This document shows, one piece after another, positions 51,731 to 64,000 of a stretch of DNA of 64,000 nt. Under the pieces are notes generated by a model that was given only the letters and a program-made list of their open reading frames with translations, was not told the DNA's origin and ran no database searches. Location: NCBI RefSeq assembly GCF_009914755.1, contig NC_060927.1, one strand, 5' to 3'. Each line of letters opens with the position of its first letter. The stretch's first letter is position 1. This stretch comes from the human T2T-CHM13v2.0 reference genome, Homo sapiens. The position numbers and the translations under genes are program-made.

Positions 51731-53680
51731 CACTCCATACAATCCATAACCTTTGGTTATTACATCTGGGTTACGGTTATTCCTAATGTGAAGTCACAGG
51801 GAAGTTTATAACCACATGTAGTACCATATAGGATTGTGAGACTATTTTTGAGACTAATAAAAAAAATACTTAAACATACCCCCAACTTGACTATTTAAAA
51901 TTAGTGTCAAGAGTCAATAGTTTCTGACCAGGGAGGCAGAAAGCCATAACAGAGATTGTAACCCTCATAAGCAGTATGAATTTGATCTTACATCCAAACA
52001 CTGAAGTCAGGGCTTCAGATTTTATACCATTTCTTAAACATTAAACAAAAGCTAAATTGTTTAGACCTGCTTATGTTACTTTTATTATCCTCTTCAGATG
52101 ACTTCAATTTATACATATTTTTAATGTTGTGGTGACCAACATCAGTTTCGTCACCAGGGCAGCTGGTGGGATCTAAAGTTGCTGGGCAACATCTTTGCTG
52201 TGGGTTTCTAGGCAACATGCTTTGCATGTGGTCAGAGTTAAAGTTTGTTGTAGTCTAGGGTGTTTGGACTGCTGCAGAAATGTTTCTTTTGGGTTTTGTT
52301 TTGTTCTGTTGTTTTAAAGTTTCAACCATGTTTGTTAATGTGTATTATAAAATGCATAAAATTGCCTACCATAAAGAAAGTTTCAGGTCGGAAAAAAAAA
52401 AAAAAAAAACATGAGTGGTACTTTTCCAAATATTAAAGTCTATAGAGAGTCAGTTTCATGATAACTATATTTTGAGCCAGTTTTTCTGCTTCTCTGACAT
52501 TAGCATTTTTCTGCATACATATTTCCCCTGTTTCTCAAGAAAATCAATGATACCCTCCCAGCATGTGGTTTGGATGAAATACAAGGCAAAATGAAGAGAG
52601 CTTCCTTTAAATGAGCCACTGAGTTCTTTAATCAAGCTGGGTTCAGGCCCTGCTGAGGAAAAATCAAGCCCTTTTTTCATCAAGCAAGGAGCATGCAATT
52701 GGAAGAGGGAAACCTCCTAAATACATAAGAAGTGGACGCATGGCTTTTCTCTGGTACTGGAATGCAGAAGAGCCTGCAAAGCCTGTAGCATAATCTCAGG
52801 GGTGTCCATTCCCATTCTGTTGAATCCTGTTTGGGGACTGTGAATCTGGACCTATGCCAGTTGACCTTTTGAATCACTGATTAACTCTTCCAGCTTGTGA
52901 AACACCAAAAAAATCTAGTTACAGAAGATGGATTCAACCCCACCTCTCTTGTATCAAACAGATGCAAATGACCCCAGAATATAGCCCCTGAAATAGCCTT
53001 CTTCCTTAGGAAAAATCAGGTCATTAACTTACATACTTTATTGGTAGTAACATGAAGTTTTAAAATAGTGTTGGAATGGAAGTCAGAAGGACCCTCCCTA
53101 CCAGTAGATCACCAAATGCATTCAAGCTCCTAGTATTTCCCTCATATTAGAGTCCTTCTTCCTTCTAGCTGACCAGAGTCTCATTTATACCTTGGGAGTC
53201 ATCCGTACTACACTATGTGTGGCTCAATGAAAATACACTGCTATTTTATGCTTGTTTTCTGATTCACTTCTGCTACCTAAACATTCTATTTCACTCCTGT
53301 GTTTTTCTTTTTTCTGAACCTTAATTTTTACTTCAAAATGTCACTCTGAGGTCACCTCTTCTGTGAAAATTGCTTCAATAACTATATACAGGTTCTACTT
53401 CTTCCTGTAGTCTCATCTCATCTTGTTTTCCCTTGATAGCATGTCCATACCCTCCAGTCTCTCTGAGGCTCTTCTTTCTTAATTTCAAGATCCTAAGCCA
53501 GAGCTGGTATATAAAAGCTATTTAATACAAACCTTCCAAATGAACCAAGGAAACTCTTGGTTAAGACCACTATTTTAAGTTAATTTGATGTATGATTTAA
53601 GCAAACTTTTTCCTTTTGCTGGGAGTAAGTTTTCACATCTATAAAATGAGTATGAACAAGAGGATCTCAACAATTTCTTC

Positions 53681-54322
<642 letters not shown>

Positions 54323-55777
54323 ACTTACATTTCATGATTCTATTTTATTTAAGAGAAAACACACTTCCATTACAAGGCTAATATCAGGCCATAAAAGTAT
54401 GGTTTCCAAAAATCGATTACATTAATATGCCCTGTAGAAGGGTTATTTTTAAAACAATCAACAACACTTGAAGCACAAGTATGCTTCTATTTAATGACAG
54501 GCAATTATAATAAAATAAAAAGACTTCAAAATTAGTTTTATATAAACCATAAAGAGAAATGGGGTATAGAGAATATTTTCCTCTTCTGCTTTTAATTTAT
54601 ATCCAGAAAAGATGGTTTAGTTTCTATCTTTTGGAAAACAATGTTGCACATGGACTCAATTTTACTAAAAATGCAGTGTTTGTGTATATTATTTTCCAAG
54701 TCATTCCTCTTTCCAAGAAATATGGCTAAGTTTTCCCTTTTTGACTACATTTTCATGATTTCATGTGTTATATGGTAATGTTTTAAATATAAAAGGAATT
54801 TTAAAAATATATTTCCCCTAACTTCAAAACTATAACCAAAAAGTTGTACCAATGTCAGAAAATCCAAGTAAATTTTTTTAAAACTTAGGCTTCCATATAT
54901 TTCTAATTTTAGAGGCTAATCATTGAATAGACTGAACAACCAAAAGAATGCTTATATTTTTTCTATTTTATTCAGCAATTTTTATAATGACAAATTGATT
55001 TTTAATTTATTTTACATTTTATTTGAAAATAAATTCATCTGGGGAGATCTTTTTTGGGGTTATCAATGAATTAAATCTTGCTTTCCACTGGTTGTAAAAC
55101 TTTTCCTTTTTCTAACCTAGACTCTGATAGCCAAGAATGAAATTGCTATTATGCTTTGACTGTCAATATTTATCCAAGACATTTCAGATCTTCACTTTTC
55201 TTTAGGCTAACCATTAACACAGCACTTCTATTTTTATTCTAGAATCTGAATCGCACTGCTTCTTTGTGTACTAAGGTTTAAGGAGGCACAGATCATAAAG
55301 ACAGCTCTTTGACCTAACAAACTGACTTCAAACTCCATAGGTTCAGCCAACCAGTCAAGTATCCTTGGAGAATTACTTACTCTCTGGAAACCTTAGGTTC
55401 CATTTTTACAAATATCAGTACTGATAATTATCTGCCTCATGCATTTGTTATTAGAGATCAATGGGATGTGCCATTTAATTCCAGAACTATAAGTTCTATA
55501 AATGTGTGTTGCTTGGCTCCTTCCCTAGTCCCAGTATTCACCATATCTCATACGGAGGAACCCTTGTATGATACGTGTTGAGTCAATGATTGTATAATCA
55601 TTTGAATCAAAGGAGTTAATGATGTATCAATGCTTGAATAAAACTTTTTATAATATTTAAAATATTGGATAAGCTCTACAAGTGATAGTTATAATTATGA
55701 CTGTCATGATACAATATTTACTTTTACTCTTAAATTCTCCCAAGATTTTATAGTTTGGCACTTTTATAAAAAATATT

Positions 55778-55978
55778 TCCAGCCTGGAAAACATAGTGAG
55801 ACTGTGTCTCTACAAATAATAATAAAAAATTAGCCAGGTGTGGTGGTGTGCCCCTGTGCTTTCAGCTACTCAGGAGGCTGAGGTGGGAGGATCACTTGAA
55901 CCCAGGCAGTTGAGACTTCAGTGAGCTGTGATCATGTCACTGCACTCCAGCCTGTATGACAGAGTGAGACCCAATCTC
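55778..55978 (+). mobile_element. 5'-truncated AluJ
   Basis: AACATAGTGAGAC, GGTGGGAGGATCACTTGA, GAGCTGTGATC. Confidence 0.88.
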
Positions 55979-55995
55979 TCACTCTCTCTCTCTCT

Positions 55996-55996
<1 letters not shown>

Positions 55997-56044
<48 letters not shown>

Positions 56045-56048
56045 TAGA
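55997..56048. repeat. (TAGA)8(CAGA)4(TAGA) STR preceded by (CT)n
   Basis: Read directly; occupies the position of the Alu tail. Confidence 0.95.
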
Positions 56049-58431
56049 TCAATTTTTATATTTTTGATAAACCATATTGCTAAGGCCTAAGATCATGGAC
56101 TATTGTAAAGAAAACCCTTATAGAACTTTCAAGAAAAGCCACTCATTATTTTCTGTATTCTGTCAGTCCACAAAGATTGTTATCATCTTTACTTTCAGGA
56201 TTTACGTTACTTTAGAGATGTCTATTTAATTGATTTAAATGAAAATGTAAGTATTGATAATATATTCTGTGTATGATGCTTTTAGACACATAATCTACAG
56301 ATTTATTTTCTTCATGTGACCCACACTCACTCTCTCTGTCTCTCTGTCTCTGTCTCTCCCTCTCTCTCTCTCTCTCTCTGTTTCTTTCTCTCTCCTCTTA
56401 TAAGCATCCTTCTAGAGACTAGAAGAGAGTTTGACAAGATCACCCTATGGAAAAAGCATCAGCACATAGCCACACATGCTGTTTACCTCATGGTGTTGCC
56501 ATTTCACTTGTGGACTATAAATACTTAAACACTGAATAACACACCCCTCCTGAAGTTGACCTCTTCTGTAGACTGAGTTGCTTGGCTCAGGAATTTTGCT
56601 ATTCCCTATGAAGTACTGTGATGAACCAAAAAAGTAATGAGCAGAACTTTGAAATTCCCTCCTGGTTCATGCTAAATGAGGATAGCAGAGCAAAGGCAAC
56701 TCTTTGTGATGCAAGACAAATCCAAAAACCTGTAGCTACACTATGCTCCCCCATGCCCAAGCCCAAAATGATTAGTAAAACTGCTTACAAATCTTGAGAA
56801 GAAAAATGGCAAAGAAACCAGACAACGTATGCATTTTTTGTCACCACACATATATTTACAAATGATCCACATTTATTTGTATGCTTGAATTTTATCATTT
56901 TATGCTATTCCAGTAGTATTTGCCAGTGTGGTCATACCTGGGTATCTTTGTTTCACTGTTCAATGGAGCAAACTCTAATTACAAGTTTTCAGAACTTTTT
57001 GCACCAGCTAACTTGGCTAGTACTATAAAAAGACGTTTACAAGTCAATTGAAGAAACATATTTCTTTTCTGTAAGTAAACTAGCAAAACTCCCCAGCAAC
57101 ATACTGGAGACTTATAGGTAAGAAGAATGAAGGATCTCAGGTTATTCTAGTCCAAGATTCCTTTAGGGAAAAGCATATAAATGTTTTTAACAGATCCACC
57201 CTTCTAAGTTATTTCTTCATTTATTGTTCTTGGTTACCTGGCTCCAACGCATTAAAGAAGGTCTTCAGGATGAGGATGGTGTCTGGAGTCTGGCTATCTG
57301 AAGCAGAAGGAAGAATCAAAGTTCTTCTCAGAGGCCCTACCAAAACATATTAATATAATAAAGACTTTTATTTTTATAATAAATGAAAGGAGGCTTTTGT
57401 TTATGACCCATAAATATATTTTCACTGCTGCCAAAATATCTGGCACATAGTAGGCACTTAATGAATATTTGAAGAACGAATGACTGAATGAAAGAACGCA
57501 TATTACCTGGCTAATTGATTAAGCAGAATTTCAGGATTCATTGATAATTTATTCATTTTTACATCAAACAATTTGTGAATAACTTTAGATCTTATCAATT
57601 TCATCCTTTTCATTTTGATGAAGAATTTGATGCCCAGAGATTTTCAGTGCCAGCTGCCTATTCTGAGAGAGACAACCACTCTGAGGGGCTTGGGGTGTTC
57701 TTCCCAAGAAATATACCAGCCTGTGGCATCGTAAAAAGTAGGAGCTAGACACAATGCTGGTGAACCAGTTTGCTCCAGGTTACAACTCAACTACTTTCAA
57801 ATTTGTAAAAATCCAATTATCTTGTGGCTCAAGTCTAGTTATTTTCTTCTAGTGCCAGTTGTGACCCAATTTTGCAAGGAGAAATTCTTCTTTTAAAAAA
57901 ACCTTTAAAAAAACCTCCTTTTTGCTCTTCCTCCCACTTAGACCACAAATCCAGGATCAGTCTGAACCTTTATTCTGCTCTAAGAAACATACTTTCCAAC
58001 TGCTCCCTGCTTTTCTTCCTTAACAAGTTTCCCCAAGTCTTTTCTCAGACCATATTTCGAATGTCAGTTCTTCCTCCAGCTAGCAACTCAGTCAACAAGT
58101 ATTTAATGAGAGTCTGCTCATATGTGCACTAATTTGCAATGCTCGCAATCTTTCCTGCTCAAACATCTGAATTTGGGAACGTTGTGTGAGGAAGTTTATA
58201 ATAGGCCAGGAACCCTCAGGCCACTCCATCAGCTAAAACAAGCATGTTGTATTCTCAGTACTAGATTTTGTACCTCCTGGAAGTAGAGCAAGAAATAAGA
58301 GAATCATCTCTGCCAATCTTAATATCCAACGACTTGCCTTAATCTCTAAATCCACACTTCATATAGTCAATACAGTCTTGTATTGACCTAGTACATTCTT
58401 GTTCTCCAAAGTAACGTAAAAAATGTTTTTT

Positions 58432-58798
<367 letters not shown>

Positions 58799-60206
58799 TC
58801 ACAATTGTTTTATATAAAATGAAAGTCAAAGAATTTAGCCTTCTTTTAGTTAACAAGCACTACCTGCCTGTTTTCTCCATGAATGTAGAAAACCAGCTGT
58901 ACCCAAGCAGTACAAAAGATTCAAATTTGACATTTTGTTTTCCCAAGTATTTAGCAAGTGAATATGTACAAGAATTGTCAATCCATGAAGAAAGAAAAAA
59001 ATGTCTAAATGTTTCAAAATAGATAAGTAGATTCTAGGAAGGGGAGTTAAAAATAACATGGAATTGTACCAATTTGCCAGATTAATGGACATGAATGAGA
59101 TACGTTCATGTCCAAAACCCCCTATATTTTTCTAACAGTACTAAGAGCAAAAAGAGACTCTTTTCACTTGGTTCTGGGGGCTGAAGGTAATATGTACATA
59201 TAAAGTGAAAATTCTATAGGCTGATAAACATAAAGCTCTGATCTGAACCCATTCAAAGAGAAGCATAACCCAAGACGGTATCCAACCAAAATAATGGTTC
59301 CATGTAGATTCATTTCACCCTATTTAAATGAAAAAGATGAAAATATCTAGAACTTCAATCTTCTGTAAATATTTCCAAGTAAGGGCAATATTTAAAACAA
59401 TGATTACTAGAACATTTGAGATTTTCCTACTTGATTTAAATGTATAATTCTATGCTGTGTTTCATCTGGGAATGCAACAAGACTGTGAGGAACTTATGAA
59501 AGCAAATGGCATCTAAGTACTACCTATCATAAAACAAAGGCCATGGAATCCATGACCTTGGTCTCTTACCAGCAATTCCTCAGCTAGATACTATAACTTT
59601 ATGCCACATGAAAGGATTATGGGCTGATTCCTGACATATCTTTTTACCTTTGACTCAAGTATAAGGAGTTTTGAATTAATGATAGACAACTCCAAATCAT
59701 TACTTATTTGGTATACTCCTACATGTTTAGTGAGACTATATTAGCACTAAAAGAATGGAAAATTTTAATTCTGACCTAGCTTCAGTAGTGATTCATCATT
59801 TTAAATTCTTTGGAAAGCAAAATAGGGTAAAATAAATAAATAAACCAAAATATTTGCAAGGGATCTGGTGTGATAAATACATGCTGAGTAACAAATGATG
59901 AAATTGGTCCTCCACACTGGTTGCTGACTGAATTTTCTGGTACTCCTCGAGTATCTAGGAAAGAGTATAGGTCTTGATCATTATAGGGTACCAGGTATCA
60001 TCATTGATGTTGTTTCAAGTGTTCAATGCAAACTTCTTTTGCACACTGAAAAAGCACGCCGTTTAAGTGGGCAGGTGTCTTTATGTGTCTTTATGTCTTT
60101 ATGTGTGTTATTTTTAGAGGAAATAATTGCAGAAAAAGTAGAAAGTTAATATTGAGTATTCCTGGGTAGAGTATGTCTCCTCTATCTATGAAAATATCAA
60201 GAATAA

Positions 60207-60702
60207 TATAGTAGAATAAAATAATGTTTTCCAAAGATGTCCATATGTTAATCTCTGAAACCTGTGAATATGTTACCTTATGTGGCAAAAGGGATTTTGC
60301 AAACATGATTAAGTTAAGGATCTTGACCTAGAGAGATTAACCTTAATTATCTGGATGGGCTCAGTGTAATCACACCTGTCCTTATAAGAGGAATTTAGGA
60401 TAATCAGAGTCAGAGAAGGAGATGTGAGGATGAAAGCAGTGTCAGAGAGATTTGAAGATGCTGCATTACTGACTTCAAAGATGAAAAGGCTACAAGACAA
60501 GGAATGCAGATTGCCTCTAGAAATGGAAAGAAGCAAGGAAGAGATTAGTCTCTAGAGTCCAGAAGGAATGTAGCCCTTTCTTGTAGCCCATAAGACCCTT
60601 TCAGACTTCTGACCTCCAGAGCTGTGTGATAATAAATTTGTATTGTTTTTAAGCTCTTAAGTTGGTAGTAATCAGATACAGCATCAATAGGAAACTAATG
60701 CA
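60207..60702 (+). mobile_element. MaLR solo LTR (MLT1D/C-like)
   Basis: CCAAAGATGTCCA..AACCTGTGAATATGTTACCTTATGTGGCAAAAGGGA; ends CAATAGGAAACTAATGCA. Confidence 0.85.
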
Positions 60703-60724
60703 AATGGGTTTATAAAAAGAGAAA

Positions 60725-60930
60725 TCTCTGGAGCTAGATTGTTTGGGTTTGAACCCACATCTCTCTGTGATATTGATCAATTTAATTTTTCTGTTTCAGT
60801 TTCTTCATCAGAATAGGAATAATAATGGTAATTATTTCATAGGGTTGAGGCAAGGACTAAATTAACTAATATATGTAAAACATAAATATGAGTCTGGAAT
60901 GAAGAAATCACTGCATATGTATTATACATT
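60725..60930 (+). mobile_element. MIR
   Basis: GGGTTTGAACCC..TCAGTTTCTTCATC..AATAATAATGGTA..CATAGGGTTG. Confidence 0.65.
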
Positions 60931-60962
60931 ATGTTCAGAATTGGAGCAAAGGGCATATCTGA

Positions 60963-61319
<357 letters not shown>

Positions 61320-62704
61320 TAGCTGCCACCTGCTCAGTTGGTACATGTATGGCAGCTTGGTCTATTGGCAAAGTGACTTTCTGTCTACAGTGTATGGAAA
61401 TACATGGCCTCTTACTCCATTATTTTCCTGTTTTGCTGGTATAGTTCATGACCTATTTCCAACTCTAAAGAAGGATAAGGGGTCATTTCAAATCATTCTG
61501 AGGCAAGAGTCAAAGGAATTAAGTTCAAGATTCCAAAATTAAATCAATAGAAGGCTAGTGCAATAAAAGGCAACCTGGGACCAAATATAAAGTCAGAGTC
61601 ACAAATGATGTCAAATTTGAGCAGCATTGATGACATCAGATTTTGCTGCTTGATTCAAGGTTGAAGGCGGAAGATGACAGAGAAGGAGACAATTCATGGG
61701 AGAGACTGAACATATGGAAGTCTATATAAATTTCCCAAACCATCATTATGAGTTTGAGGTTATGGAATTTTCCTAATCTACTTTTAGTGCAGAAATCTCT
61801 CCAGAGATTCAAGTACCTCTTTCTAATAGTCAACCGGTCATCTCTTCATATCTCCTCCCCATAGTACTTATCTTGCTTGATTAATGATACTAACATTCCA
61901 TACAGAAACTGGAAACTATCATCAACCTCTCCCTCATAGCTAATATCTAACTGGCCAAATCCCATCAATTCTACGTGTCAAGTAAACCTCAATTCGTCTT
62001 CTGTCTCCAACCCCATGGTTTAGGCCCTAATAGTTTCTCACTAGCTTCCTAAAGGGTCTGTCTGCTTCTATTGTCACCATGTTTCAACTAATCCTATACA
62101 CTGCCTAAACTATCTTCATGAAGTTTGAATTTGTTCATGCCATTCTTATGTTTAAAATATTTTGATAAATTTTTTCAACTATAGAACAAAACCAAAATTT
62201 CTTAGCAAAGACTTTTATGTTCTAGCTAGATCTGCTTTTTCCAATATCGTGACGCTGTTTACTAATTCTTAGGTGCCAGTCATCTGTGAACTATCTCTTG
62301 ATCCTACCCAAGCACAGAGTTATTTTTCATGCTTCCATATCTTTGCATATACTCTTCGTTTCCCTGAATGCACCTCATCTATCATTCACCTGACATATTC
62401 TTATTCATCTTTCAAACTTTGCTTAAATGTTATCACACTGACAAATAACGTGATGCCTTTTCTTACTGCAGAGTGTTTGCTGCATGTGTGTGTTCATAGC
62501 AGGTATGAAGCTCAGTAAGTGTAGAAGAACTTGTGGGAGAAGCATTCTTTCTTTTTCTGTGACACGAATTAATTTTACTTTGAGCTCTCATTTTGCCATT
62601 GTAGCAGAAAATTGTCCTAAATTAATTTGGGCTTCCTGCTTCTTTTTCTGAGGCTGGGTTTAAATTCTAGGAGACTCAGGTAATTCCAAGTACTTAGGGA
62701 CAGG

Positions 62705-63260
62705 TGTTGTGCTGAATCCCTATTGACCACAGTAGGGAAGGTACCAGGTTCAAGAGGTGGAAGAAGAGATGCAGAGTCAGCAAACGAGTCATGGGTTTTT
62801 TTTTTAGGGGGTTACATACAGGGTAGACAGTCCAATGGCAGCAGGCTGAACAGGAGAACCGCCTTACGTACAGAAATGGTATCGTGGCAGCAGGCTGAAC
62901 GAGATATCCGCCTTACATACCATCCAGTGGAGATGGGCTGGACAAGATAACCACAGGGCCCAGTGGCCACAGTGGTGGGCTGGGCAGGAAAATGGCAACA
63001 ACCTGCAGTTTATATAGCATTTTTACTTGACACCCTCCCTTTGACGATCTCACCTGGCAACCTTCATCCAACCCAAAACTCAGGGCTTCAATCCTCTGGG
63101 TGGCCTGTGTTCCAATGGATGAGACAGGGGCTAAGTTGTTCCTCAGATACAAGGAATGAATCTCCGGGTTGACCACTCCACACATTCCGGTGTGTCTGCC
63201 ATACAGGGCCATCCTAAGGGTATGTTTAGCTTTTTGCTCTCAGGTTTGTTTACCCTACCA
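62705..63260 (-). mobile_element. ERVL-class 3' LTR (LTR32-like)
   Basis: TG...CA termini; minus-strand TATATAAA at 63008-63015; internal imperfect TGGCAGCAGGCTGAAC repeats; purine-rich GGAGTGGA immediately before the LTR on the minus strand. Confidence 0.75.
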
Positions 63261-64000
63261 TCCACTCCAGCATACCCTTGAATGGCCCTCACATTCTTAT
63301 CACGCCAGTGGTCCGTGATTTCCCTGGGGCCAGGTATGCAAAGGAGCCTAGGAGTAGATGCCAGCAACAATATAAACTACAACAACAAATACAGTGATAA
63401 TCATAAAGCTCTTCCAAACGCTTGGAAGTTCATCCTGGATGTGCCATGGCAGGCCTGTGGTGGAGGAGAGGGGAAGCTCTCTGCAGGCCCAACAGTCTAC
63501 TTTGTTCTAGAGAAAGGCCACCATCTGTGCCCAGTTGGTAAAGAGGTTTGCTGTACACCGTCTATGGGGGGAAGGTGAGATGTTTAGTGGGTATAAGAAA
63601 GGGCACTCAGGAGCAGTCAAGATATAGGAAGTTGTGTCATTCTGAGAGCACCACCCCTGGCATAGGACTTGTACTGGTTTATGAAACCAAATGGATTAGA
63701 CCCCCTCTGCACTACAGGAGGCCAGAGTAAGACACCAGGGGCACCAAAGTGTTCCACAATAAGAGGATGATTGTTCTAGAACAAGAGAATGATCATCCCC
63801 CTGCACAAGAGAGGACCAGGACCCACCATCTTAGAAGTACGAGGGGAAGTAGGGTGCAAAACAACTGTGACCTGTATGTCCTGTTCTAGGCCTTTTCCCT
63901 ATGGAGCAGAAAAAACAAACCATGGCTGGTTTGACACTTCCAGGACCATGTAATGATGGGCTCTGTGGTGGGTCGCTCCTGTGGCAAGGGCAATAGTAGG
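63261..64000 (-). mobile_element. ERV internal region (3' part) with env remnant; continues beyond the window
   Basis: Adjacent to the LTR. Minus-strand translation NLFTNWAQMVAFL*NKVDCWACRELPLSSTTGLPW resembles an env SU CWxC region. Confidence 0.65.

Noticed and set aside
62836-62960. CRISPR-like repeat-spacer pattern
   Set aside because: Only 2-3 imperfect tandem units inside an LTR, with mutually similar spacers, in eukaryotic DNA.

Overview
Primate (human-like) genomic DNA carrying the 5' half of VGLL3 (vestigial-like 3, a TEAD cofactor) on the minus strand. Coding exon 1 (16979-17104) sits in a CpG-island promoter with a TATA box. Coding exon 2 (4857-5133) encodes the poly-Glu tract and the TONDU/Vg motif. 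The later exons lie off the left edge. The remaining ~46 kb upstream has no supportable protein gene. It is filled with Alus, MIR/L2, MaLR and ERVL LTRs, hAT MITEs, a MamSINE1, old L1M pieces, a full-length dead L1PA4-like element (43467-49579) and the 3' end of an LTR32-like ERV. I cannot establish a new biological system from sequence alone. The best leads are: (i) a 72-codon Ala-rich uORF whose stop overlaps the VGLL3 start codon (AUGA); (ii) several candidate alternative 5' ends (an intron-1 donor, the L1 antisense promoter/ORF0, an LTR) that point at exon 2 and could give a Met51-initiated, uORF-free isoform; (iii) clustered TEAD/AP-1 motifs suggesting autoregulation; (iv) an internally deleted env remnant; (v) a twin-primed old L1. 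Repeat subfamily names come from recalled consensus features, and most repeat boundaries are approximate.
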